From: Rebecca billardiae RCC1528
Lineage: Eukaryota; Protista; Haptophyta
Direction: 5' to 3'
Length of the DNA stretch: 64,000 nt
NCBI GenBank assembly: GCA_965240325.2
Contig: OZ251232.1
Coordinates: forward strand, 1,116,001-1,180,000
The translations under genes were made by a program, and so were the position numbers. The notes under the pieces are model-generated. The model searched no databases and had not been told where the DNA came from. It was given only the letters and a program-made list of their open reading frames with translations. Positions 1 to 10,592 of the stretch are shown here, piece after piece (the first letter of the stretch is position 1; each line of letters opens with the position of its first letter).

Positions 1-1003
1 CTGGTTCCTTGAGGGTGTGCCGCTCGCTGCGCGCGCGCACGAGTGAGCTGGCGTAGTCCCAGTACTTGAGGGCCGGGTCGGGAAGCGGGGAGAAGAGCAC
101 TGATGGCACGCCCAGGGCGTCCGAGAAGATGAGGCCGTGCAGCGAGCTCGAGACGACGAGATCACATCCTGCGATGGCCCTCGCAACGTCGGCCGGATCC
201 TGGTCGTGCCCGATCATCGTGAAGTTAAGCGCGCCGGCGGCCGGCCCGAGAACCGCGTCCCGGCCGTGCACGATGGCGCACAGCCCGCCACCACCGCGCG
301 CCGTGATGTCGAAGAAGCTGGGGACGAGCACGCGGGCGAACAGCCCAGGATCTCCGAGTGCTGGGGTAGGGCCCCGGAGTGCTGGCTCCAGGGCAGCGAG
401 CGAGTACCTGCCGCGCACAGCTGCAACGGTGACGTTGCCCTCCTTGAGAATCCGAGCAGCGTGCGCTGCGAGCGGCATTCCTCTGATGCCGGCACCGGCC
501 ACGACATCTCGCGGGCTGACTGCATCTTCGAGGAGCGAGCCGACCAACAGCAGCTCGCCCGGCGTGCGGTGCTCGGCCTTGCCGAAGGGTGACTGCAATG
601 GCACGTGCGGCACTGCAGCGCGTGGTTTGCGCAGGATGGCAGCCCACAGGTCGAGGTTGAGATCGTCGCCGAAGTTTCGCCCGTGCCAATGGCTGGTGGG
701 CTTGCGTGTTGGCGGCGGGACCCAGTGCACCACGGGGGCCGGTGATGCACAGCCACCGGCAGGCAGCTTGTCATCGATCGCCTTGCGGAGCTCGAGCCGC
801 AAACTCGCGAGAGTTGCGGGACTCGGTCGAAAGCGGTGCACGTCCTCCTCAGCCATGGGAGCACATCGTACGGGCGAGTCGCCGCCGGTCTCAGCGCCGA
901 TGGTCTCGCTGCTCGTCGGCAATGCCAATGCGATGGCGAACCGCGCGGTGAGCAGCAGCAACGCTGAGAGAGTCATTCGTCCCCCAAACCACACCGAGCC
1001 CAT
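1..1003 (-). CDS. Polysaccharide pyruvyltransferase-like protein with signal/anchor; 3' part runs off the window
   Basis: Near-identical direct copy of 53451-54453. Minus strand reads (MGSVWFGGR)MTLSALLLLTARFAIALA...HGRNFGDDL...LGDPG...VVSSSLHGLIFSDALGVPS. ATG at 1003 or 976. Confidence 0.8.
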   Translation of the reverse strand, partial: MGSVWFGGRMTLSALLLLTARFAIALALPTSSETIGAETGGDSPVRCAPMAEEDVHRFRPSPATLASLRLELRKAIDDKLPAGGCASPAPVVHWVPPPTRKPTSHWHGRNFGDDLNLDLWAAILRKPRAAVPHVPLQSPFGKAEHRTPGELLLVGSLLEDAVSPRDVVAGAGIRGMPLAAHAARILKEGNVTVAAVRGRYSLAALEPALRGPTPALGDPGLFARVLVPSFFDITARGGGGLCAIVHGRDAVLGPAAGALNFTMIGHDQDPADVARAIAGCDLVVSSSLHGLIFSDALGVPSVLFSPLPDPALKYWDYASSLVRARSERHTLKEP

Positions 1004-1046
1004 CGTACAGGGCCCCTTTGGGGGGTTAGGCCCATCCCTGATTTAA

Positions 1047-1315
1047 GGGCCATTCTTCATTACCCCCCGAGATTGTGTTTGGATATCGCGAGGAGAAAAA
1101 ACTCTACAGTTTACTAAGAATAAGAGACGCACACAGCTCAGGCAGGCGAGATACAGTAGCGCCGCGCCCAAAATCGACGGACCATCGATCTCAATAGGAT
1201 CTCGACCGATTCGACGCAAGTTGGGACGTGAATACGGATTCGTAAACTCAACTTTCGCCGAACCCACGCCGCAGGCCCCTTGCCGAATCGCTCGCGGCGG
1301 GGTGAAGAACGGCCC
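1047..1315. mobile_element. ~270-bp MITE (Harbinger- or Kolobok-like ends)
   Basis: TIRs (A)GGGCCATTCTTCA and TGAAGAACGGCCC(T) match 13/14; flanks are TAA and TAT. Lies between two divergent genes and contains the 49-bp unit. Confidence 0.6.
1104..1152 (-). repeat. 49-bp dispersed unit ATCTCGCC...AAACTGTAG, copy 1
   Basis: Reverse complement of 31677-31725; TACAGT occurs at both edges (1105-1110 and 1152-1157). Confidence 0.9.
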
Positions 1316-1454
1316 TATTAAAACATAGTAAACTGTGCATCCTGCGCAGTGAGTGAGTAACTAGTATTAATCGCAGCCGTGTGTCGCCGGCCCGAAAACG
1401 GATGACGTCAGCCCCTGAGACTTTAGTCGAAGCCGCGGCGCGGTGAGCTTGGCG

Positions 1455-3470
1455 ATGGCGCCCACCGTGGCCGCCGCCGTGGCCGCCCTCGCGCTGCTCA
1501 TGGCGCGCGGCGCGGGCTGCGCGGTGCACGGCCGGATCGAGTGGCTCGACGTCGAGCGCGTGGTGCCACCCAACTCCTCGTGGTGGATCACCAACCCGTG
1601 CGTGGCGCCGTGCGCGAGCGCAGAGACGGGCGGCCGGCTGCCGGGCGTGGCGTGGCTGATGCTCAGCCTGGGCGACGGGCGGGCGTGCATGCGCGGCGGG
1701 AGGGGCGTGGTGAGCGGCACTGACTGCCGCCTTGCCCACCTCGACGGCGAGCGCTCCCTCGCCATCGAGTTCGTCCTCGACGCGCGCGAGCCGACGTGCG
1801 CGGAGGGCGGCGTGTGCCGCGCGCGGGCAGTGCGCACGATCGGCGAGGGGAGCGACCCCAAGGTGTTCTGCGTGGCGGGGCAGCCGGTGGTGACAGTGAC
1901 GACGAAGGCGGGCCTCCTGCTCGACGACTCCGCCGCGCAGCCCCTCATGGTCGCGCGCACGGGCCTGCGCCTCTCGCTGTGGGGCGCGCGCGGCGCCGCG
2001 CTCTCGGCGCGTCTGCGCGGGCTCGCTGGACTGCAGCTGCTGGCCACAGGGCTGCCGCAGCTGTCCGATGGGGCGGCGGGCAGCGCGCAGCGCGCGTTCG
2101 GGCCGCGCGCGGCCGTGAGGCTCATGCGGCGCATGTGCGATCCGCGCCGGCTGGGGCAGCGCCAGTTCAGCGCGTGCGCGCGCTTCCTGCAGATGGTGGC
2201 GCGCCTCCGGCTGGCCGAGCTGTGCGCGGCCGGCGACAACAACAAGCGCGCGCGGCGGCCGCTGCTGCGCGAGCGATGCCACGGCCTCTGCGCCGGCGAG
2301 CTACGCGAGGTGCGCGGCTGCGGCGTTGGGTACGCGCGCGTGCACGAGGCGTGCGACCTGCTCCCACCGCCACCGGACGACGACGCCGACGAGCGCCCTG
2401 CTGGTGCGGACGCCGACGCGTCACGCGCTCGGCTGCGCGCGCTCACGCGCTTCGGGCCAGTGCCGACTAGCGAGTCGTCGGACAAGAACTGGAGCCCGTT
2501 CACGAGCGCGCGCGGCGGTGGGCTGGGCATGGTGCACGCGTTCGGGCACGACGCGCTGCGCACGTGCGAGCTTCGGGCCCCCGCCCAGCGCCTCGTCGGC
2601 GCCATTCTGACGACGCATGGACGGCGGCAGCCGAGGCGCTCGTGCCTGGCGTGCGCGCACGAGCCCGCTCGGATGGCCTCCGACTCGAGCGCGCCCTTCC
2701 ACGCGTGGCTGCTCAACGCGTCGAAGGCGCGCACGGCGGCGTTCTACGGCGACCGCGCGCGCTTCCCGACGTGGCGGCTCGCGCCCGTCAGGAAGCTCAG
2801 AGCGGCGGTGCACCTCAACGGCGTGCGGCTGCTGCGGCTGCGCCCCGGCACCGCACCCACCGCCACAGCGCCGGCACCGCACGCGCGCGAGGAGGCGGAG
2901 GCCGCGGGCGAGGTGCTGCTCGGCGTGCTGCACACGCGGCTGCGTGGCACGCTCGAGGGTGCGCACCCCGATTGCAAGCACCAGCCTCGCGCGGGCTTCG
3001 TCGACTACGCCCACTACCTGTGGCTGGCGAGCGCGCACGAGCCGCTGCGCGTGCTCGGCGTGAGCGCGGCGCTGCCGCTGCGCACGCAGCCTGCGCACTC
3101 GCCATGGTTTGGCAACTGCCGCAAGCTGCTGAGCGCGCGCGGCGCCCGCGCATGCCGTGTGGAGCTGACCGCGCTGGACCGGGCGAACGGCGGCGTGACC
3201 GAGTGCGGCATGCGCGTCGCGTTCGTCGGCGGCATGATGCTACTGGGCGCACACGACACTGCTGATGAGCACGGCGCGCACGGCGGCGCGTGGGAGCTGC
3301 TCGTAAGCTACGGCGCGGGCGACGCCGAGGCGCGCACGCTGCGGCTGAGCGCGGCCGAGGTGGCCGTGCTCTTCGCCAACGGCGCGCCCGGCGCCGCCCT
3401 CGGCGCGGCAGTAGGCTCCGCGCGCGCGCTTGACGCCGACGGCTACTACCCGCTCCACGGCAGCGACTAG
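1455..3470 (+). CDS. Secreted five-bladed beta-propeller glyco-enzyme, beta-1,2-mannosyltransferase (Bmt/GT91)- or GH130-like
   Basis: Signal peptide MAPTVAAAVAALALLMA. Motifs in order: NP, GSDPKVF (EDPRLF-like), DKNWSPF (EKNWxPF), LLGVLH, YAHY, VAFVGGM, LLVSYGAGD. Single ORF. Confidence 0.6.
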   Translation: MAPTVAAAVAALALLMARGAGCAVHGRIEWLDVERVVPPNSSWWITNPCVAPCASAETGGRLPGVAWLMLSLGDGRACMRGGRGVVSGTDCRLAHLDGERSLAIEFVLDAREPTCAEGGVCRARAVRTIGEGSDPKVFCVAGQPVVTVTTKAGLLLDDSAAQPLMVARTGLRLSLWGARGAALSARLRGLAGLQLLATGLPQLSDGAAGSAQRAFGPRAAVRLMRRMCDPRRLGQRQFSACARFLQMVARLRLAELCAAGDNNKRARRPLLRERCHGLCAGELREVRGCGVGYARVHEACDLLPPPPDDDADERPAGADADASRARLRALTRFGPVPTSESSDKNWSPFTSARGGGLGMVHAFGHDALRTCELRAPAQRLVGAILTTHGRRQPRRSCLACAHEPARMASDSSAPFHAWLLNASKARTAAFYGDRARFPTWRLAPVRKLRAAVHLNGVRLLRLRPGTAPTATAPAPHAREEAEAAGEVLLGVLHTRLRGTLEGAHPDCKHQPRAGFVDYAHYLWLASAHEPLRVLGVSAALPLRTQPAHSPWFGNCRKLLSARGARACRVELTALDRANGGVTECGMRVAFVGGMMLLGAHDTADEHGAHGGAWELLVSYGAGDAEARTLRLSAAEVAVLFANGAPGAALGAAVGSARALDADGYYPLHGSD

Positions 3471-5003
3471 CGTAGCAGTAGCGAGCAGTGCCGGTCTGAG
3501 CCGGCAAGCCGCGCTGCTCCTGCTGACGTCACGTCACGTCTGGGTGACCCGGGGGAGCATATCGTCGTCGTCAGTCGGGTTAGGTACGACTATCGAATCA
3601 TCGTTATTACATGACTGCGCTGCATGTACCCGGTGTGATGACGTCAGTATACTCAGTTTGGCGGCCGGCGGATGACGGATCTGCGGGATTCAGACTCAGA
3701 GTCATCACTATGATATACTATCGTACCCCGACCCGCGTATGCCGACGAACTCTTAGCTGGGATTATTGGGGAATGGAGGCGGGTCGCGTGTGACCGGACT
3801 CTTTATACCACTCGCGACGAGCGCTCGGCGGCTCGCGGCTCTCTATCCGATCATCAAGCCCCGTGAATCAAGGAGTCTTCTTAAAGGACGACCAATAACG
3901 ACGGCGTATATTTATCTTCCTGTTTTGTATCTTACCCGCGGACGAGTGGTATTCATCAATGAGCCATCAGGGCATCAGGAGAATGAATCCACCGCTTCGT
4001 AAACCTGATCGTCACTCGTATTTCATCTTCATCCTGTTTTGTATATTCAACGACGTGGCAGCATCGGACAAGCGTCAGGCTCAGACCGCTCAGAGTGCAA
4101 CAGACACATAGAATGCGTCCGCGCCTTCCGTCCAGGTCAGACAGTATAGTATACAGTTTCGTACTACCCGAGGACAAATGGTAATTATCGATGGACGATG
4201 AGCAACCTGAGGAGAATGAATCCACCGGTCAGCCCCGCCGCTGCGCCTGCCGCCGCCGTCGCTTGCGCCCGCATGGCGCAGCGTCGGAAGTTCCGACGAG
4301 CTCGGGCGACCGGCCGCGACCCATCAGGCGTTAAAAAGCAGGTTTCCCTCCCTTTCATTCCTTTGTTTCCAGCGCCCAAGTTGACGCGCAGCGCCAACCC
4401 GAGGTGGCGGGCCGTAGGTCCGCCCCTTGTAGTGCCCGGGGAAAAGATAAGAAAAAGAAAAAGGTGAAAAGGAAAATCGCACGCAAAGAAAGAAAATCGC
4501 CTCGCTCACTACCGGGCGCCCTCGTGAGCAGCTCCCACTGGGGACGCTGCGCTGAAAATCTGTTCAGGCTGGCGCGGAGCGCGTGAGCGGCGCGCGCCGA
4601 ATCCAACGCCGGCGCGGACATCGCGCGAGGATTCCCTAGACGGGTTTTCGCCCGATTCGCGATTGCTGCCCTCGTCGTCTCGCGTGCAGGTCAAACGAGG
4701 GCTAAAGTCGACGCGTCTGGAGGTACGCTCGGCGCGTCGACACGATCGTGCGACCTGGGGCGATCCTCGCCATACTTGCACGTCGAGCGCTCGCATCGCT
4801 CATACCATCGAGCGCTGCGCGCGACAGCCACCTCGCGCGATCCACCGCCGTGCGTCGGGCTCGGTGCGGAAAGGCCCTCATCACGAGGTGCCTCGCGGGC
4901 GGGAAAGCGCCATCGCAGGCGACGCAAGATTTGGCGCGGCCTTCTGAACTCGATCGCCGGAATCCTCATCGCGAACCGGACTGTCGCTCGCCCGCGCGGT
5001 CCC

Positions 5004-6736
5004 CCACTAATTCTATGATTTAAAGACACAGGCACGAGGGCGCAGCTCTCCTGATTCGTCTGTAGTGGTACTGGTCGAAGCTTGCAAGTTGCAGCAGTTG
5101 CAGTGGTGTGAGCGCGTTGATGTTGGTCCCCATGGCGGATGTCGTTGTTGTCGTCGTCCGGACGTCGTCAGGCCCACCAGGAAGTGCATGGGTACGAAAA
5201 CAAAGGCGAGTGAGCATGTTGGCGTCGGCCAGCCACTGGGCGCAGGAATTTCGGGTGGGGATTTTCTTTTCCGAATATGTTGGTGATGCCGTCAGAGCAC
5301 CACCAACCTCTGCCGCTGGCGGCTGCGCTGACAGCGCGCTGGGCGGCGCTGGAGGGGCGAGATGGGCGCCGACTGCGCGCCCTCCTGCGGTAGTTGCGTG
5401 CCCGCGAAGGCGGTGCGCGTGGTTGAGCGCGGCTGAAGAGCAGCCATTTGCGTCGTTCCACCGCTCGCCGTTCGGAATCACTGCATCCGCCGCGCCTCAG
5501 GCCATCGCGTGCGCCGCACCAACAAGGAAGTTGTGTGCATTCCTCGGCTGACTGCACGCGTGCCGCGAGCAGCGGCGTCGGCGTCCGGCACTTGGTTGCA
5601 CTGGGCAATGTCCAGGTAGTTTATGCACGCGGCATCGCTCGTCACAGTACGCTGCCTGGCATACGCATCTGCACGGGTCACACAGCCGTCAAAAGGCATG
5701 ATCGAGCATCACGCAGCGGTTGGCATCGACCTACGGCGAGGGTCATGTGAGCATGCAAAGCACGGACATGCGCCCTTCTGGATAGTGATGTAGTGAGCAC
5801 ATTCCCGCGTGAAAGGAGCGCGCGCCATTCAGGCACCGGAAGCGGCGTCGGGGCTGGATGCTCACGTCTTAGGCAGGCTGATGCTGCCTTCCGGCTGCAC
5901 GGGTGCGTCTATCAAGGCTGACCGTGTGTGCACGATGCGCACCGTCAAGTTCGACACGAACGTCCAGACGTGAGCTACTGCTTGACAAGGTAGTATACAC
6001 ACATTCATGCACGCGCCGTGTCATCCGAGGAGGCACATACACGCAGGCAGGCCATCATGGGCCTCGTTCAGGTATATTCTGCATCAGCACGCATACATGC
6101 ACGTACTAGCTCGGGCCAAGATTGACGTCGGAGCACGAGTCAGGGAGTTCAATGCCGGGGCAGAGCTGGACAGCGGTCACGCGTGTGGCCACTCCGCGCG
6201 AGCGCACATGCTCCGCGTCACCGCATATCAGCATGGCGTGCGCTGCAACGTCATCGTCGGGCCAGAGCGCTTGTTCGACCAATCGGCTCGTATGAATGAT
6301 GCAATCAGCACACCTGAACGCAGCTGTTCGGACCCGCGCTCATGCGCGGCGGCGCAAGGTAGCGCAGTGCGCACAGCGTAGGTCTCGCCGCGCGGAAGCG
6401 CATGCTCCGTGTGTGTCTCGCCTCGCATGGCGCACGCGGGCGACGGGCTGGCCGTGTGGCGGTGTGCACAGACAAGAATGCTGGCCCGAGGCAAGTACAG
6501 CCGAATGCGATGCGCGGCGCGAAGCGGCGAATGGCACTTCAGCACGACTGCCCAGCCTAGCTCGCCGGCTCTGCGCTCGCGGGATCGTCCACACGCACGG
6601 GAGCGCGGCGCCGTCGCCCGCTCGCCCGAGACGCGCGCGTCCGCCGCGCAGCGCGCGGCTGAATAAATGCAAGGCGGAAATAAAAAGCGCGCCGATTTTC
6701 TGATTTCTCCGACCCTGGGTGCCGTGTCCCCAGTGG
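5004..6736. mobile_element. Nested insertion with CCACTGGG/CCCAGTGG ends (CACTA/EnSpm-like, non-autonomous)
   Basis: Absent from the sister derivative, whose empty site GGTCCC|TCAGCC lies at ~52259-52270. Inverted ends at 5233-5240 and 6729-6736; the left end is displaced by a LINE fragment. Confidence 0.55.
5009..5232 (-). mobile_element. 3' fragment of a dispersed retroposon-like repeat (family A)
   Basis: Shares ...GACGAATCAGGAGAGCTGCGCCCTCGTGCCTGTGTCTTTAAATCATAGAATTAGT with copies at ~37.0, 44.1/45.3 and 49.8 kb. CCACT is duplicated at 5004-5008 and 5233-5237. Confidence 0.7.
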
Positions 6737-7837
6737 TCAGCCGAAGCCCACGTCCGGCCTGCATGGCGTCGACGGTGACCAATGCGACGGAAGCGCAGCG
6801 CCAACGGCGTACGACGCGCAGCGGACGCACCTCCCGGGTCTGTCGCCGTGGCAGCAACCGCGCCTTCGCGAGTTGGCGACCCTCGCCGCAGCGCGACACG
6901 GACAAGCCCGTGATGCCATCCGCAGAGAGATGAATCGTCGAGCATGCAACATCGACGCGCCATCCTCGTCCATGGCGCAGGCGCTGCGGGACGAGGCGGA
7001 CGTCGTCACGCCGGTGACGGATGCGCTGCGATTCGTGTGCCTGCGTGAGGAGCTCGTGCCCACTCTCGATCGCGAGTGGCACACGCTGTCGCTGTGCGCG
7101 CGCGCGCGCACAACCAACAGCTCCTCGTGCCGCCAAACACGCGGGCGCCAGACCTGTCGAAGATGCGAAGAGCGACGACCGCGTGAACGTCAACGCGCTC
7201 GTGCTCAGCGTGGCGGCCGTGCACGATGTCAACGCGACCTGCGCCGAGCCCATCATGCCCGGAGCGGACATCGGCAAGCATCCTCGCGACGACCGCTCTC
7301 GGCTGGCGGCAGGAGGACATGCACACGATCTACTCTGGCGGCTTCGTCGGTGGCGAGGCGCTCCATTACGCCATCGCGGTGGAGATGCGGCACATACAGC
7401 GCGTACCCGCGCTCGCGCGGAGCAACGGGCTACCCGCCCCGCCCCGCGTGCTGCACATTATTCCCTCGTGGGTGTGGCCCTCGCTGATGCGCACGGACGC
7501 GTACCGCACCGCGTGGGAGAACTTCACAGGTGTCACTGGTCACCCACGGCCACGAGTGAATGCTGTGGAAAGACGCGAACCCGCAGAGGAAACATTGCGA
7601 CAGCACTGGCACGGCCCGCCGACCCCCCCCCCCCGCCCGCCAGGGCACAAACTACGATTGTAATAAGAATGCTTTTACCTTTCAATAACAGCTTTACAAA
7701 CCCGGCATAAATAAACTCGGCCCCCAGCCCGGGCTGTCGGACGCAAATTGCTGCGCACGTCGTCACCCGGACACCGACACGCACGTGCACGAATAAAAGG
7801 AATGACGACAGCTCGTCGGGAGTCGGGACGCACAACA

Positions 7838-9913
7838 ATGGCAGCACACCGCTGCCTCAACGTGGGCGCGGTCGCCGCGCTCACCTTCATCATGGCACTC
7901 GGCGCGCCGTCGCCCTCCGCCGTGACCGCTGAAGGTAGCGGCACGCCTCTCGCCGCTCGCTCTGGGGCTTGCCGTCCTCTGGATTTGCACGAGATCATTC
8001 GCGCCCGCGGGACGCGGGCGATGCGAGATCGGCTGCGTCGCGAGCTGCATGACGTGCTCGACGCGAAGCTGCCATGCGACTCCCCTGCTCCGGTGGTGCA
8101 CACGGCACTCCCCACTGGCGGCGACGAGGCCCCCAGCTTCGCTCACGACAGCCAGCTCATCTGGGCAGCCATTCTTGGCGTAGCGGAGTCATCCCTCGCC
8201 CCCCACCACGCTCTGCGCGTACGGCACGCGGCGCATGTGGATGCATTGGGACGAAAGCCCGGTGGGCTGTTGCTGCACGGCACGTGCATTGACGATGGTG
8301 TCAGCCCGCGAGACATCATAGCCGGCGCCGGCGTTCGGCACACGACGCTCAGCCCAGCCACGAAGCACACACTGCGCGATGGCAACGTCACCATCGCCGC
8401 GGTCAGAGGTCACTACACGCTCGCTGCCGTGCGCGAGGCAGTGCCAGCCGCGACGCCGGCGCTGGGAGATCCGCTTCTCTTTGCCCCATGGCTGCTTCCC
8501 AGCCTCCGGGGCATGCGTGTGCGTGGCGGTGGCGGCGTGTGTGCACTTGCTCACTGGCACGAGGCTGCTCTCGAGCCTGCTGCGCACGCGCTGAATCTTA
8601 CTGTCATCAGTGCTGCCCAGCCGCTGACTGCCATCCTGCGTAGCATCGCTTGGTGTGACGTCGTCGTCACGTCCTCGGTGCGTGGTCTTGCGCTGGCCGA
8701 CGCGCTCGGCGTGCCGTCGGTACTCTTCTCGCCCCCAGATCATCCCACCGACGAGCTCGAGTACTGGGACTACGCCAGCGCACTCGTGCCTCCTGGCAGG
8801 GCGGCGACCAGCGGCCAGATCCCGCCTGACGCGCTGTTCAGACGGATTCAGAAGCTCGTGGGCACGGCGCTCGGGGCGTGGCAGCAGGCGGACCTGCGAG
8901 CAGTGGTGCGCGGCTGCACCGATGGCACCTTTCGGGCGCGTGCCAGCTTCAAGCAGCGGGCCAAGATGGCTCTACGATTTGTGAAGGCGCTGCCCATGGA
9001 TGAACGTTTGTGCGCGTACGAACCCGCGACGCTTGAGCAGAAGCGGACATGGTGGGAGCAGGGTCTTCTCGGCGCTCATGGCGGACAGTTTGGGCCCGCT
9101 GAGCTGAGCAGTGCAGTGGCGATCGCTAGAGTGGGGCGTGACGGAGATGACGACTGCCCTGCTGGGCGCGACAGCATGCGCGCATATGCACGGACTCACA
9201 AGTATGGGCTCATCGAGGGTCATGGGTGGAGGTACGACTGGGATTCGGACCCAGAAGGTCTCTGCTCAAAGATGGGGCTTCGGCGCAGCTGCTCGCCAGT
9301 GTCAGACCTCGTGTACTGGGCCAAGTTCGCAACTTTCGCCAGGCACCTGGACAAGTTTGAGTGGATGTGCTACCTGGATGCAGACATGATCATCACGAAC
9401 CAAAGCATCGGCTTGGACGTGTGGACCCATCTGGGGACTCTGCACGGAGTGGACGTCATCGCCACTGACATGGGCCCACGCGTCAACGCCGGAGCGATGT
9501 GCTTCCGGAACACGCACGGCGCATGGCGCTTCCTGAGAGAGTGGATCACAGCTCCCAAGGGATTCGCCCAAGACAATGGCCCCTTCATCTCTGCTCTCCT
9601 CTCCACTGCTTACCCGGAAGAATCCAGGCACTGCGCACGGCTTGGCTCGGAGTGGTTCCATCGTCAAAACATCGACCGCTGCAGAAACTCGACGCTGCTG
9701 CGAGCAAGGGCAGGCAGGTGCGGCATAGAAGAGGTGCGAAATGGTGTGTGGACCTTGTGTATCCGCGGTGATGCAGCTCCCCCACTGCAGACGGAGGAGG
9801 AGCGGCTACGCATGGACAGGGGGCATCCACCAGGGGCATCGTGGAGGCCAGGCGACTTCGCTGTGCACACAAAAGAGCAGGCTGCTTGCCAGTCTCATAG
9901 CTCGTCAGCCTGA
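7838..9913 (+). CDS. Fusion of a pyruvyltransferase-like domain and a GT34 (GMA12/MNN10-like) glycosyltransferase
   Basis: N-terminal hydrophobic segment. First half: AVRG, LGDPLL, CDVVVTSSVRGLALADALGVP. Second half: YARTHKY, WAK, WMCYLDADMIITN (DxD), VNAGAMCFRNT, QDNGPF, WRPGDFAVH. ATG at 7838 (or 7802). Confidence 0.75.
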   Translation: MAAHRCLNVGAVAALTFIMALGAPSPSAVTAEGSGTPLAARSGACRPLDLHEIIRARGTRAMRDRLRRELHDVLDAKLPCDSPAPVVHTALPTGGDEAPSFAHDSQLIWAAILGVAESSLAPHHALRVRHAAHVDALGRKPGGLLLHGTCIDDGVSPRDIIAGAGVRHTTLSPATKHTLRDGNVTIAAVRGHYTLAAVREAVPAATPALGDPLLFAPWLLPSLRGMRVRGGGGVCALAHWHEAALEPAAHALNLTVISAAQPLTAILRSIAWCDVVVTSSVRGLALADALGVPSVLFSPPDHPTDELEYWDYASALVPPGRAATSGQIPPDALFRRIQKLVGTALGAWQQADLRAVVRGCTDGTFRARASFKQRAKMALRFVKALPMDERLCAYEPATLEQKRTWWEQGLLGAHGGQFGPAELSSAVAIARVGRDGDDDCPAGRDSMRAYARTHKYGLIEGHGWRYDWDSDPEGLCSKMGLRRSCSPVSDLVYWAKFATFARHLDKFEWMCYLDADMIITNQSIGLDVWTHLGTLHGVDVIATDMGPRVNAGAMCFRNTHGAWRFLREWITAPKGFAQDNGPFISALLSTAYPEESRHCARLGSEWFHRQNIDRCRNSTLLRARAGRCGIEEVRNGVWTLCIRGDAAPPLQTEEERLRMDRGHPPGASWRPGDFAVHTKEQAACQSHSSSA

Positions 9914-9972
9914 TATCAGTACTCAATTATTAGTGTCGTCACTTAAATGAGTAGGGCTGCCAAAATCGGTCC

Positions 9973-10003
<31 letters not shown>

Positions 10004-10030
10004 CGTATAATAATTAAAATATATATATAT
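9973..10030. repeat. (TAA)n/(TA)n microsatellite, the Copia target site
   Basis: Read directly; (TA)n resumes at 31809. Confidence 0.9.
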
Positions 10031-10585
10031 TGATTGGCGCTTCGCGCGTGTCGTGCGGTCCTTACTGTGTTTCGTGGGGCGAAGGGGCGTCCCCCTTGCT
10101 GGCGGTGGTTTCAGGTAACTGATGTTTCAGTCTGGTGAAAGCTGATGGAAGTGGCATCGAAGATTTTGGAATCTTCGTGTGCCTGCTTCCCTCGGTCGGA
10201 ATGCTCTCGGAATTCCGTTGATTGCCTTCGGGTCATTGCACGAAAGCTTCCTGTGATGATCGGGACGTCTCCTCGAAATGAAAAGAAAGTTCTGATGACT
10301 GCATGGTAGTCTCTGGTCCAGTTCAGGGTACCTTCCCAAGTGGTGAAGAATCCCTGGACCCTTGGATGTGTAGTCCGAAGACCTCATGTGTGTGCCGATA
10401 CTCCTTATCCTTGGAGTAGTAAATTGCATGAACAATGGCTGCTGTTGGCCTTGCTCTTGAATGGTGAAACCGATTGAATTGCATGATGAAAGTCTACTGT
10501 AGCTTGGCGGCTGAAATTGCTCAGCGCCTTGGAATTAAAGTCTCGAGCTGGGGAATGGCGCCGATGGCTGCCTTGGACTTTGACA
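10031..10585 (-). repeat. Copia 3' LTR (555 bp)
   Basis: Matches the reassembled 5' LTR; only one mismatch noticed by eye (~10355 vs ~17573). Confidence 0.95.
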
Positions 10586-10592
10586 CGCCCCC

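Larger units (their letters stand above)
4405..7650 (+). mobile_element. Non-autonomous, internally deleted Helitron2-type derivative
   Basis: 5' end TGGCGGGCCGTAGGTCCGCC and 3' end ACGGCCCGCC-(C)n-GCCCGCCAGGGC match the termini of 17642-27033. Carries a frameshifted RepHel N-terminus at ~6760-7520. Confidence 0.85.

Noticed and set aside
66-1046. 326-aa plus-strand ORF and its twin at 53624-54520
   Set aside because: Antisense to the pyruvyltransferase, which carries the family motifs.
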